From Azolla caroliniana (taxonomy: Eukaryota; Plantae; Polypodiophyta), in assembly GCA_043228905.1 (NCBI GenBank), contig JBHGNT010000017.1, positions 16,616,001-16,680,000 on the forward strand: DNA of 64,000 nt, in the 5' to 3' direction. The translations under genes were made by a program, and so were the position numbers. The notes below the pieces were generated by a model. That model made no database searches, was not told the DNA's origin, and saw nothing but the letters and a program-made list of their open reading frames with translations. This document shows, piece by piece, positions 1-12,837 of this stretch; the stretch's first letter is position 1, and each line of letters starts with the position of its first letter.

Positions 1-139
1 AGTATATATGATACCTTTAATATCTCCTCTAGGTGGTCGGGGTGTGTCTAGAGTGCGTCATTACAATTCCATAAGGTCATCCTAAGTGTATTTTCTATCA
101 CATGGGCTACGCACCATCAATTAGTAGTGCGATCATTTA

Positions 140-922
140 TGATCACTCGCCCATCTCGATAAAAGGTGTGATGCCCTTCTTTACGAGCTTGCATAACTCG
201 AAAAAGGTGTGACGCCCATCAATTTGCATCTTAGTGAGGTCTTCATCAAGATAGATAGGGTCCCCACCCAATCCTCGAAGAATTGGTCTCTTCTTAAAGA
301 AAGTGATTCTAGAGTCTAAGTCTTTAAATTGAGGAACTAAGGCTCTCTTCCTAGTTGTGTCGTGTTTGACCCTCCAAGCTTTAGTGATAGGTAGGGTCGT
401 TGTGTACCCTAACATTTTCCCAAGTGTTTGTGCATCCTCGTCTGGGGATGCACCTTGAGCCCAGTGACACGCACATTTAGGCGTTGGGCCTGACGCATTT
501 TCTCCTCTTCAAGGGTGGTATTAACAATATTTTCATCTTTTATTTCTTTTTTAATGTTTCTTTTAACCACATCTACCCAACCCGTTTTTTCTAACTCTAT
601 GTTATTTTTAACTTCCTCTTTAACTTTTTTAATCTCATCTTTTATATCCTCTATGGAGGATATTTCACCGTCCTCTCGAGATACCTCAATGTCATTAAGT
701 TATTTTTTGAGGTTGGTGTTTTCCTCTTTAAGTTTTTCTATTTCGGCCTTGAGGGCGTCTTTTTCCTCTCTATCTTTTTTCTTGTGGGTTTCAGCGTCTT
801 TCACCCATTTTTTCATATCCATCTCTATTTTTGTTAAACGATTAAACATATCTAAAAAGTCCTCTTTACTTATAGCCTTGTCTTATATATCCTTACGTTC
901 CTTAGTTCGTTTAGAAGTCATT
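140..922 (-). pseudogene. Decayed LINE ORF1-like fragment (coiled coil plus RRM-type C-terminal region)
   Basis: The minus strand gives a K/E-rich coiled-coil stretch with stops (about 500-920). It is followed by ...DSRITFFKKRPILRGLGGDPIYLDEDLT..., which resembles the 'IYL(N/D)EDLT' end of LINE ORF1 proteins. Confidence 0.5.
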
Positions 923-1081
923 GTGGTGTCAATAAGAAAAAAAAGATAAAATAAATGGGTTCGAGACTTAGCCGAGTTTGTGTGTATGTCGTGGTCCTTT
1001 CGGCATTTTGTAGCACGCGACGAGTAGGCCAAAACAACCCCACCAACGGAGGTAGACCAAAGGTTCAAAGATGCACCTCCA

Positions 1082-1084
<3 letters not shown>

Positions 1085-1145
<61 letters not shown>
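1085..1145. repeat. (GA)n microsatellite
   Basis: Uninterrupted GA dinucleotide run. Confidence 0.95.
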
Positions 1146-1148
<3 letters not shown>

Positions 1149-1269
1149 TCAAAAAAGACTGTTACATTAACTTCGACTTTGTCGTTGCGACTTGTCTGGT
1201 CGTGCCATTCTTTGACTTACCTTCTCCTCCTCATTCAGCTCCTCTTTGCTCGCTCCCTTGTTGTAGTCC

Positions 1270-3080
1270 CATATGTCCTCTTAGTGCATTGAAGCAAGCA
1301 TTGATCTGGGAGAGGCTTGGTCAAGTTGTCGGCGATGCTCGCCTCAGTATCCACCTTCTAGACTTCGAGCTTCTTGTCAGTGATGAGCTCCCGAATATGA
1401 TGGCACCTCACCTCAATATGCTTCATCTTAGCAAGGTATACCAGATTCCAGATGAGGTGTATTGTGCTCTGTGAGTCATAATAGAGGATTGGCGCCAGAT
1501 GGTCGATTCGGCCTTTAGCCGTAAAATCAACCGATAGTCGGTGCAGCCAGATGACTTCCTTGGTTGCTTCTGATGGGCTATATACTTAGCCTTTGTTATC
1601 GAGAGTGTCGTGCAATCTTGTAACTTCGACCTCCATTATATGGTGTCACCACCATAGGTGAAGAGATAACATGATGTCAACTTTCAATTGTTTGGATTGT
1701 CGATGTAGTCGGAGTCGGTGAAGCCTTCGACTTCGGTCGGATTATCCGATCCAAATGTTAGTTGCATGCCTTTGATGCCTCGTAGGTACCGGACTATGTT
1801 CTTTACAACCTCCCATTGCTTCCGTCCAAGTTTTGACATGTCGCATCTCACGATCCCTACAACATATTTAAGGTCAGGTTGGGTCACCACCATTGTGTAC
1901 ATGAGACTTCCTACGGCCAATGCGTAGGGTATTCTGCTCATGAGCTTTCTCTCCTCTTCTATGGATGAAGAGTCTCTATCCAATAGTCGGAACGACGTCG
2001 GAAGCAGTATTGGCATTGCCTTTGTGTTCTCCATATTAAAGTGCCTTAGCACCTTTCAGATGTGGTCAGATTGGGAGAGTCAATGAGTCTTTGATGTTCA
2101 ATTTCGCTCTATTTGCATGCCCAGTATGTGTCGGGCTTGTTTGAGTTCCTTCATCGCAAATTTGTCGTGAAGGCTCCGCTTTAGCTTTCCGATTTCGGCT
2201 CGATTATTGCCGGCGATGAGCATGGCGTCGACATATAGGATCAGATAGATCCGGGACTCGTCGTCAAGTTGTTGAGTGTACATACATGGGTCAAAGTTGG
2301 ATCATCAGTAACCAAGTTGCCTGATGTAGGTGTCGAACTTTTGGTGCCACATCCTTGGCGCTTGTTTTAAGCCATAAAGGCTTTTCTTCAGTCGGCATAC
2401 AAGATGACTATCCTCCCCCATCGTCGTGAATCCTTCCGGTTGACACATCTAGATGTCTTCTTCCAAGTCTCTGTGTAAGAATGTCGTCTTGACGTCCAGT
2501 TGCTCGAGCTCTAGGTCTTCGGTTGCCACGACTCCGAATAGGAGCTGAAGAGTGGTCATCTTGACTACTGGTGAGAAGATTTCGTCGTAGTCGACCCCGC
2601 GTTTTTGTTTGAATCCCTTGGCAACAAGCCGAGCTTTATACCTAGGCTTCTCCAAATCGAATACATATTTGTATCTGAAGACCCATTTACAGGGTAGAGC
2701 TTCCTTCCGGTTGGTAATTCGACCAGCTCCCATGTTTGATTTTCCTTGATCCAATCCATCTCGGATCTCATGGATTGTAGCCATGTCTCAATGTCGGGTG
2801 AGGCCACAGCTTCCTCATATGAGTTGGGTTCGCCTACATCTGTGTAGTTGACATAGTCAAAGCCCGATCTGTAAAACTCTGTCGGCCTTTGGACTCGTCC
2901 AGATCTCCTGGGTGCCAAGTTGTTTGGTTTGGATCCTTCGATCATCTCTATCGATTGATCGATATTTTTTAAACTAGTTGTAGGAGTCTTGTGGGGTGAC
3001 TCGCCCCTAAGGTAGGATTTCGGCGATGTCGAAACATCCTCCCCTTCTTTGGGATTGATTGACGAAGGAGTAGAAGCCAT
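1270..3080 (-). mobile_element. Ty1/copia remnant (RT and RNase H), with many stops and frameshifts
   Basis: ORF pieces carry copia motifs: KWVFRYK..YKARLVAKGF, LEQLDVKTTFLH, LILYVD(A)MLIAG, PYALAVGSLMY, GFTDSDY. No integrase core is visible directly upstream. Confidence 0.9.
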
Positions 3081-3999
3081 GGATGGTTAGGCTTGGCCTT
3101 TCGGCATTTTGCCTTGTTTTCCGTCTTTGACCCTTTTGGCATATTTCACCGGTTTGGCCATTGTCAATCTTTTCGTCGAATCAAGATCGAGTATGACTAA
3201 GGGACCTTTTGACATTTCGGGTTCGGCAAGGGGGTTGTTGGCTTGGTTGATTTCGACTATTTGTCAAATCTCCGATTCGGCCCCGTAGTGTCAAATATGG
3301 GTTTCTAATGGATAGTTGCCCAAAGTCAATTGATATTTATGTCGACTTTTGTAACCTAGTTACAAGGTTTTTCATTTTGTACATTGTGCTATTGTAACTC
3401 TTTGAGAATTATATAGTTTCATCTTGATTGTGCCTTCTCTGTTGTCTCTCTTCCTTTGTTCCATTGTTGATCTTATCTCATGTTTCAGTTGTCTATTGCT
3501 ATCAATTTGTTTCTTTGTGCTCTCTGAAGATCTTAAACTCAAAGAGTGTTGAGATTGTTCCGCACTTGACGGTCGGTTCCCACATCTGTTATCAGATCTT
3601 GGTGTTTTGATTTTTTCAGCCAATCGTCCTTCTGTCTTCATCAACATCTCACCTTTTGGCAACCCTTGAATATCTCTTTGTTACCTTCACCTTGATAGAA
3701 CAAATTCTGAGATTTCAGTCAGAATGAAATCTCTCAACCGGCAACTTCTACAAGATTTTCTTCAAAGAAGAAAAAAAAACCACATGAAAAGTCTGCACTC
3801 CACTGTTCCAAATCACTCTTGAAGTAAGCTAGTCGGTTGTACTTTACTCCTGTGATTGTAGCCGCTTCGAGTGAGACTTTGTCTTGCAAATCGAATAGTT
3901 CATTGTGCTTCATCAACTTAGACAGCAATCGAATAGTTTATTTGACGTTGTTCACTCGCTCATCGTAACCACTTGTTGTAGATTGGAATCTGATAGGAA

Positions 4000-4265
4000 C
4001 TATGCGGAATAATCTTCGGCCACAACCGAGACTTAGATCACTTCAATGATAATCAAACACAGAAAGATGAGAAATGGAAGTAAGTATACAAACAGAAGAG
4101 AGTGCGCAGGATGTTAACGTGGAAAACCCTAAATGGGAAAAACCACGGGAGTCCACAAACTCCAACTATCACTATATCGAGAGGAATACAACATGTGAAC
4201 ACAGAGGCAACAACCTCTTGCTCACACTCTTTTCCTGGTGGCAGTTACAACAGAGACTCGCTCTG

Positions 4266-4327
<62 letters not shown>

Positions 4328-4697
4328 GTACAGCAGTTACACCAATAACACTATACAAAAAATGACAACACAATAATACGCACTCTGTTTGCCCTAGGTC
4401 ATATTTATACTAATATGACATTAGGACTATTTGCAGATATAGCCCCAATGGGCTCTCAGAAACATATTTCCATATATGTTCCTTCATCTGGTGAGAGCTT
4501 CTCACCGGGCTTGCATCATCTAGTTCTCATCGGGTCCTCATTGCCGGGTTCATCCGGTTCTCATCGGGTCTTCCTTGCCCGGTACTCATCATCCAGTTCT
4601 CACCGGGTTTTCCTTGCCGGGTACTCATCATCCGGTTCTCACCAGGTCTTCCTTGCCGGGTACACATATCCCATCCGGAGGGACCGAAATCCTAACA
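4000..4697 (-). repeat. 3' LTR of the copia element at 4000-7056
   Basis: On the minus strand the PPT AGGGGGAGTT is followed directly by TGTTAGG at 4697. The LTR contains ~39-bp tandem repeats (4520-4660), a (CT)n tract (4269-4327) and a GTGGAAAACCC...GGGAAAAACCAC motif. The left boundary is approximate. Confidence 0.7.
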
Positions 4698-7056
4698 AAC
4701 TCCCCCTTCACTCCGGCATGGGATGCCTCGTCAATCCGATCTGCTTCCGGCATGCATCCAACTTGTCGGGTGTCAGCACCTTGGTCAGCATATCTGACCC
4801 GTTCTCCTCCGTGTGGATCTTCATCAGCACGAACTCTCAATCTTCTACTCACTCCCGGATCCAATGGTACCTGCACTGGATGTGCTTCGTCCTTGAATGG
4901 TATGTCGCATTCTTTGCAAAGTGGATGACACTTTGACTATCGCAGTAGAGCCAGTATTCCTCTTGCCGGATCCCTAGCTCTCCGATGAAATCCTTCATCA
5001 ATAGTATTTCCTTACCGGCTTCCATAGCCGCCATGTACTCCACCTCCGTGGTTGACAACGCAACAGTCTTCTACAGCCTCGACTGCCACGAAACAGCTCC
5101 CCCTACATATGTCATGACATATCCGGATGTTGACCAGCTGGTATCCGCATCAGCCGACATATCCGAATCGGTGAAATCGTCAAGTTGGGGTTTACCGGAG
5201 TCAAATCGGAGACACATACTTGAGGTGCCTTTCAAGTACCAGAGTATCCATTTTACCACATTCCAGTGCTCCTTGTCGGGATTGCTCATAAACCGGCTCA
5301 CAACTCCGACTGCGTATCCAATATCCAATCGGGTACACACCATTGCGTACATTAAGCTCCCGACGGCAGACACATATGGTATCTTCATCATATCCGCCTT
5401 CTCTACCTTCGTCTTCGGGCTTTGCTTACCGGATAGCTTGTAGTTTGTCGGAAGTGTCGATCCGACCGGTTTAGCATCTGACATGTTGAACCGTTGAAGC
5501 ACCTTTGTCACGTACTTCTCCTATGACAGCCACATCCTCAGTATATGTCTTGCCGGACCCAAGTCTTTCATTGAGAAGGTCTGGTTCAGAGCCTTCTTCA
5601 ACGTCCGTATCTTGACTTGGTCTCGTCCGACGATCAACATGTCGTCCACGTACAAGAGGAGTATCAGGAAGTCTCCACCTTCGAACTTCTTCACAAATAC
5701 GCAGTGATCGGCCTGTGTCTTGTGGTACCCTTGATCGGTCATGAAGGAGCCGAACTTCCGGTACCATTGCCGGGGAGCCTGCTTCAAACCATAGAGGCTC
5801 TTCTTCAACCGACAAACCAGGTGCTCCTTCCCTTTCTTCACAAATCCCTCTGGTTGCTGCATGTAGATCTCCTCTTCGAGATCATCGTGGAGGAATGTCG
5901 TCTTCACGTCTAACTACCTCGAGGTCCATGCTTGCCGCTATGCTCACACCGTTCGGATGGAAGTCATCTTTACTACCGGGGCAAATATCTCATCAAAGTC
6001 CACGCCCTTCTTCTGTTGGAACCCCTTCACCACGATCCTGGCTTTGTATCTTAGGGGGGTTGTTGGCATCTCCCGGTTTCAACTTGTACACCCATTTGTT
6101 TCGGAGTGTCCTCTTTCCTTTCGGCAACTCCACCAATTCATACGTGTGGTTCTCATGCAGGGAATCCATCTCGTCCTGCATGGCACTCAACCGCTTGCGA
6201 CTATGGGTGTCATATGTCACTTCCTCGAAGCTTTCCGACTCCCCCTCATAAGTCAGCAACACGCGTTCTGCATTCGGAAATCTCTGGGGGGCACTTCTTT
6301 CCCGGAGAGGATATCTCCGTCCTCAGTTTTCGGTAACCGGCTCATGTGTCTGCTCTTCATCCGAATCTGATTCGGGATCTTGTCCGGTTTCGGTTCCAGC
6401 TTCCTCTCCTTCTTCTGCCGGTTCGGTATCCTCACCGTAACTGGCCGGTTCTTCGAGTGTCAACCGGCTCTTAGCCGGGTAGGTCCATGTCTCTTCTAAC
6501 TTATCCTTACCGGTCGACTCGGAGTTCATTATCTTCTTCTCCGACTCCTAGTAGGCAAGAGACTTGTCCTCCATGAAGATAATATCTCGACTCCGGAAAA
6601 CCTTTTTGTCGACTGGATCCCACACTCGATAGCCGAACTCATCATCGCCGTATCTGAGGAATATGCAAGGTCGGGACTTTGGATCTAACTTTGCTCTCCG
6701 GTCCTTTGCAACATGCACGTAAGCAAGACAACCGAACACCTTCAGATGTCGGTAAGACACTTCCTTACCGGTCCACACTCTCTGCGGCGTGTCTCCATCC
6801 AAGGGTACTGAGGGTGACCTGTTTATCACATACGTCGATGTTGACAACACCTTAGCCCAAAACGTCTTGGGTAACTTTGCATGTGCTAGCATACTCCGGA
6901 CCCTCTCCATTATGGTCTGGGTCATCCTCTCGGCCAGCTCGTTTAGTTCCGGCGTCTTCGGCACGGTAAATTCGAGCTAGATGCCCTTCGAGCGGCAGTA
7001 CTCCTCAAACTGCCCCTAGTATTCGCCTCCGTTATCTGCTCGAACCGCCTTCACGG
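4000..7056 (-). mobile_element. Ty1/copia retrotransposon, 5'-truncated (integrase, RT, RNase H, 3' LTR), decayed
   Basis: INT: ERVRSMLAHAKLPKTFW, HLKVFGCLAYVHV. RT: LKKSLYGLKQAPRQWY, LLYVDDMLI. RNase H: STTEVEYMA, YHSRTKHI. The INT-RT-RH order is copia-type. It stops abruptly at about 7056. Confidence 0.92.
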
Positions 7057-7130
7057 ATGAGACCCGGAAGAAACTTCAGATCGGTGGAGGTGGTTTCCTT
7101 TTACAAAATGAAGAAGAACGATTCCGTGGG

Positions 7131-8636
7131 ATGTTGGAACAACATGGGAAAGCATTTGCATTCACATCGAAGGAGATAGGGTGCATTGATCTGAGGATAG
7201 TGGAGCCAATGGTGATCTTCACGATTGACCATGTGTCGTGGAACCTGAAGCCGATTTCAGTGTCGCGGGCGCATATTCCCAAAATCATCGACTTGCTCAA
7301 GGAGAAGGTGGCGATGGGGATTCTAGATCCATCAAATGCTCCGTACTCGAATCGATGGTTTATGGTTCCGAAGAAGAATGGGTCACTCCGATTTAACCAA
7401 GACTTGCAACCGGTGAACAAGGTCACGATCCAGAACTCCGTAGTCGGTCCGATAGTGGAAAAATTTGCGGAAGCATTTGCCGGTCGTGTGATATACTCCA
7501 TCGGAGACCTATACTCGGGGTATGACCAATTCCAACTAGCCGTGGAGAACCGAGACATCACTACCATGCGGACACCGATAGGATTAGTCCGAATGTGCAC
7601 ACTACCACAAGGAGCGACAAACTCGGTTGCACATATGATGAACGCGATGAACAAGGTGCTTCGAGATTGCATTTCGGAGATAATGATGTCGTTCCTAGAT
7701 GACATTCCGATGAAAGGATGTGCGGTAGAAGAAAAAGATGAAACTATGGATGATCGGGGATGCCGAAAGTTCGTAGTCAACCATATTCGTGATTACGAGA
7801 AAGTGATTCGAAAGTTAGAAGATGTGCACCTAACACTTTCCGGGGAGAAATCGGCATTCGGGCAAGAAGAGATATTGGTAGTCCGACATCTATGTGGGCC
7901 CTACGGCCGAAGACCGTCACCAACCAAGATCGATGTGATTCAAGCTATGAAAGAAGTATGCAAGTCACAATCCGAAGTCCGAAGGTTTCTTGGAGCTTGT
8001 GCATTTTATCACATATGGATTCCGCACTATGCACATATTGCGGACCCTCTCTATCACTTATTGCAGAAGGGGAAGAAGTTCGAATGGAAACCGGAACACA
8101 CCAAAGTCATGAAGAAGCTCAAGAAAACACTACGACGGGCTGAAGCACTTAAGAAGCCGAGCTATGATCGACCGATCATAGTAACAGTTGATACAAGTCC
8201 AACCGGGATCAGATGGGTCATCAATCAAGCTGACTCGGATGGTTTGCGATATCCGATCCGATTCGGAGCAAAGGTTCTCAACAAAAGGCAACGCGGATAT
8301 GCACAAGTCAAAAGAGAATTATGGGGAGTCGTGTCGCTAATCAAATCGGATCGAGATTATTTGATCGGAGCCGAAGTAGTGATCGAAACAGATTGTCTTC
8401 AGATACTCGGGATGATGCAGTGTTGCACGATACCGGATGTGGCTATGCTAAGATGGATTGCTTATGTTAAGTCACTTAACCCGGACGTACGACACATCTC
8501 CGGAAAAGACAACGCAATCGCAAATATGCTATCAAGGGCTCGGTTCGGAGACAACATAGCCGAATCCGATAATGAAGAAGTTTTTGAAGACTACTTTGCT
8601 TCGGAGCACATATGCCGAGTAAATGTAATCCGATAA
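7131..8636 (+). pseudogene. pol: gypsy pol fragment: reverse transcriptase and RNase H
   Basis: 501-aa ORF with RT and RNase H motifs. The frame continues through stops into the integrase. Confidence 0.88.
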
Positions 8637-8768
8637 TTCCGAGAAGAAGAATACGAGGGAGAAAGCTTGATGATCGGGAAGGTGCTACAAGAGATTGAGG
8701 AATCATCAAACGATAAAGAGAAGAGAGCCGAGATCTGAAGGAAGAAGAGGCAAGTCCAAAAGTTCTTC

Positions 8769-10154
8769 TTGAAAAATGGATTAATATGGAGGGAGCCAAA
8801 AAGACTGGATGGCACACCACTTCGGGTAGTCGGGACGAAAGAGCAACGAAACCGGATAATGTCTGAGTTTCACGAATCTAATTGGGCTGGACATCGAGGG
8901 ACATGGGCAACTTTTGTGAAAATCAAACAAAAATATTGGTGGAAGAATATGTACAAAGATATAATGAAGTTCACGGAAAGTTGCGAGAAGTGTCAAATCT
9001 ACTCCGGAGTTTGACACCAAGATGAGTTACATCTGACATTATCACCGACAATCAACTTCAAATGGATGGTCGATATTGTAGCCATGCCAACCGGGATCGG
9101 ACAAAAGAAGTACTTGGTGTTAGCTCGGGAAGATCTCACGAACCAAGTAGAAGGTCGGGCGCTATGAAGGAAAACGTGTTCTGCGGTATGCCAATTTCTT
9201 TTGGAGGAGGTGTTTTGTAGGTACGGGTGCGACGGGTGCGTAGGACAAGTGATTGCGGATCGGGGAGAACTCGACTTTGATAAAGCTAGGGAATTCTTCA
9301 CCAAACATGGAGTTCAGTTAACACTAACAACGGCATACAATCCGGAGGCCAACGGGAAAATCGAACGAGGACATAGTCCAATCATCAAAGCACTTGCCAA
9401 AGCATGTGACAGAAGGGTGAAGGATTGGCCACAAATGCTCCCGTATGCACTATGGGCGGATCAGACGACGCATAGCTCTGTAACCGGTTATACGCCGACA
9501 GAACTTATGACCGGACAAGCACCGGTAATGCCGACGGAAACCGTGATTGCGACATGGACAATGCTACCATGGAAGGAAGAGATGAGCCGGGAAGAACTAC
9601 TAGCGGTCCATATACGACAACTAGAGGGAAGACCGGAAGACATAGTGGAAGCAACACGCCGACAACACGAAGCGCGATTCAGGAACAAAAGCCGATTCGA
9701 CACAAAACATCGACTACGACCGCGGAAGATTGAAGAAGGAGATTGGGTGATTGTCTATGACAGTAGTCTGGATCATCAACATACAACGATACGGAAGTTC
9801 GCGAAAAGGTGGTTCGGGCCATACGAGGTTCGGAAAGTTTTCGACAACGGAACTTACCGACTATGCGAGTTGGATGGGACGATACTACAAGTGCCTATAG
9901 CGGGGAAACGGGTAAAGATCTTCAAGAAGCAAACTGATGACGAACCCTATGTAACCCTAGACAAGACCGACAACAAGGAGCAACCGGACAAAGATCGCGG
10001 TGATGCGGAAAGCAAAGAAAGTGGTCTACAATTGATGGTTGATATAAGGGAGGAATTGGGTAGTGCTACGGATGAAGACGAACAACAAGCATCGGGAACT
10101 TCGGCACATACCAGAGGATGTGCGGGTTTGGAGGGGGCGAGTGTCGTAGTGTAA
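8769..10154 (+). pseudogene. pol: gypsy pol fragment: integrase (zinc finger, core and GPY/F), no chromodomain
   Basis: ORFs 8769-9014 and 9201-10154 are in the same frame, separated by stops. The final stop codon lies inside the LTR. Confidence 0.87.
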
Positions 10155-10888
10155 TTCGCACACTATGTGAAAATTGCATTTTTGTCCCTCCGGATGGAAC
10201 CGGCAAGGAGGAACCGGTAAGGAGACCCGGTAAGAACCGGATCAAGCAGAACCGGCAAGATCCGGATAAAGAAGGCTGGTGAGAGTCTCTCACCGAATGA
10301 AGAGACAAATTTGTAAATAGAAGAAAAGATTGTTACATGTATAGGGCAGGTTTCGAACTCTGTACCTAAATGTTAACGATTTTTAAGCCTTACCACTATA
10401 CTAGCATATTATGAATTTTAAAGTTATACTAAACTTTATCCCATGTAAATATTCTAGATATGCATGGTACAAAAAGTTATTCATGCATACACACTCGAGT
10501 TAAAAGAAAAGGTGGGATAGAAAGCTAATCATGCACATGCAGCGTGCATGAAAACTAAAGTTAGGAAAAGCATGATGCTTGCATGTGATAAACTTAGACT
10601 TTCCAACACTATATAAGGAAGAGAGAAAGATGTATAGGTGTTGTTGATTTTTTTATAGGGTTTGAAAAATATAAAATAATCGTGGGATTCACGATTTTGC
10701 CATCTATTTCTCTCTTACAATCTAAGTATCAATTAATACACTATACTTGTGGGATTCACGAGTTTCATATCTTCTTCTTGCAATCTCTTCCTAACTAACA
10801 TTATCTCAAATTCTTCCTCCTCCTAGTCCAAAACCCCAGTGGTTCCCACCCGACTCACGCAAACGATTTGGCGCCGAAACGCACGACA
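10142..10888 (+). repeat. gypsy 3' LTR, same family as the LTRs at 15621, 18528 and 20981
   Basis: TGTCGT...ACGACA termini. The 3' end CTAGTCCAAAACCCC.GTGGTTCCCACCCGACTCACGCAAACGA is shared with those LTRs. TATATAAGG lies near 10610. Confidence 0.9.
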
Positions 10889-10967
10889 ACGATATTGGGT
10901 GAGTCAAAGGTTGCACCCCACCACAGTTCATAGTCGACTCTGGATAGAGCCCAGTTTATCAACACAG

Positions 10968-12812
10968 ATGGCATCCAACATCCGGCTCATCATGATGAGT
11001 CTAAGGAAGTTCAATGGATCAAACTTCAATTTCTAGAAGGAGCAAATGCAAGACTATCTGATAGTCAAGGGTCAGATTGAACCAATCAAGATAGAAAACG
11101 CTCTAGAAGGATACAAGCCAAATGAGTGGACAAAGCTAGACAGAATTTTCCAAGCCACCATTCGGATGCACTTGTCGGAGTCAGTGTACTTCACAGTGCA
11201 ATCGTGTTCAACTACCTTCCAACTATTGAAGACACTCTCAGACACTTATGAAAAGAAGGTCGCCACCACAAAGATATACTTGATTCAATACCTTTACAAC
11301 CTTCAGATGAAAGAATTTGACTCGATCTAGGCACACCTGAATGAATACAAAATTCTAAGCTCCCAAATTTCGGCCCAAGGGATGACGATAGAGGATGAAC
11401 TAAAAGTTATGATTTTAATGAGTAGTCTCCCCCCTTTGTGGGAAACTTTCGTCACAATTATGTGCAATGCGTCAACTGCTGCAATAAAATACTCCGAAGT
11501 CACGAGCTCAATCTTGACTAAAGTAGCTTGAAGGAAATCATTTGCAAACAATTCGACCAACGATGCCTACATAGTACAAGGTTCGACTGACCAATCGAAC
11601 AATCAAGGAAGAAGTTCTTCCCGACCGCCGAACAATAAGCGAAATTGGAGCAAGTCTCGGGATAATCAAATCTACAATTACTGCAAGAAATCCGGACATA
11701 TCAAGGCTGATTGCCGCACACTCAAATCCAAGAACGATAAAGCTTAACGAGCTGATAAGAAGAGTGGCTAGCATGAGGAGGTCAACTATGTCGGCTCATT
11801 AGCCGAAGTATTGACGAACGACCCGAACATTCTATTCATCGAGCATTCAGTCGAATAAGAAGTTTTGCTTATGACTGAAGAGTCAAGTACTTGGCTCTTG
11901 GATTCATGTGCTTCATACCATGTGACCCCTCACAAATCCCAATTTCGGCAATATTTGGCCCAACATTCCAACTCAATCCGAGTCGGAAATTCGCAGCACT
12001 GCTATATTCGGAATCAGAACCGTAGACCTCAACCTTTGATGTGGTTCTACACTTGTACTACACAATGTCTGACATGTACCTGAGCTCTCATGATTGTTGA
12101 TCTTAGTCGGACAACTTGACGAAGACGGCATTTGTGTCGGCTTCTCATCAAGAGGGTGGACACTCCATAAAGGGAACCTCCTACTTGCTCGAGGTCCGAA
12201 TGTACATTCATTGTACCCATTATATGTCATACTCAAAGAGGGTGACTTGTTTCTGGTCGACATTCCAGTGTCATTGCTATGGCATGGCCGACTCGGACAC
12301 CTCAGCAAGGCCGGCATCACGCACCTATCTAGAGCGGGATATATCCCCAAACTCTCCTTCTCATATCACCAGTGTGAGCATTGCCAGTATGGCAAACAAG
12401 TCGCGGCCTCACACCCTACGACTGCACCGAGAGAATTGAGTCCACTCGATTTGGTCCATTCGGACATTTGTGGTCCTATGCCACATCAATCTCTTGGTGG
12501 CGCCTCCTATTTCATAAGCTTCATTGACGACTTGACTAGGAAGGTGTGGGAAATTATCCAGCTAGAACCAAAGATCGAGTGTTCTTGATCTTTTCCGAAT
12601 GGCTTGCCATGGTCAAAAATCAGTCTAGTCGAAAGCTGAAATGCTTTCGGACCGATAAAGGGGGAGAGTTTAAGTTTGGAGAAGTCATTAGGTTTTGCCG
12701 ACAGCACAACATTAGATGTGAATACACGGCACCACATAGTTAGGAGCAAAATGGAATTGCCGAGCGGATGAATCGGACAATTCAGGAACATACAGTATCC
12801 ATGCACCAACAT
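10968..12812 (+). mobile_element. Ty1/copia remnant (gag, protease, GAG-pre-integrase, integrase N-part), decayed
   Basis: KFNGSNFNF*KEQMQDYL, a zinc-knuckle remnant (YCKKSGHIKADC), WLLDSCASYHVT, LWHGRLGH, LDLVHSDICGP, CFRTDKGGEF. Confidence 0.9.
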
Positions 12813-12837
12813 TCTATAATGGCATCTAGTTAAGTGA

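Larger units (their letters stand above)
7057..10888 (+). mobile_element. Ty3/gypsy retrotransposon (non-chromovirus), 5'-truncated: RT, RNase H, integrase, PPT, 3' LTR
   Basis: RT motifs GDLYSGYDQ, LPQGATNSV and FLDD, RNase H VDTS..RELWG..ETDC, integrase HHCC (H..GH..C..C) and core (DRGE, YNPEANGKIERGH, WFGPY). There are in-frame stops near 8636, 8737, 9014 and 9167. PPT GGAGGGGGCGAG precedes the LTR TGTCGT...ACGACA (10142-10888). Confidence 0.93.

Noticed and set aside
883-1292. ORFs with SLSLSL/ERERER runs (also 4074-4376, 38048-38720, 52813-53184)
   Set aside because: These are translations of GA/CT microsatellites.
3985-4005. Possible PBS making the 4000-4697 LTR shared between two tandem copia units
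   Set aside because: TCTGATAGGA is only a degenerate match to the iMet PBS, and no matching LTR was found at the far end of the 1270-3080 unit.
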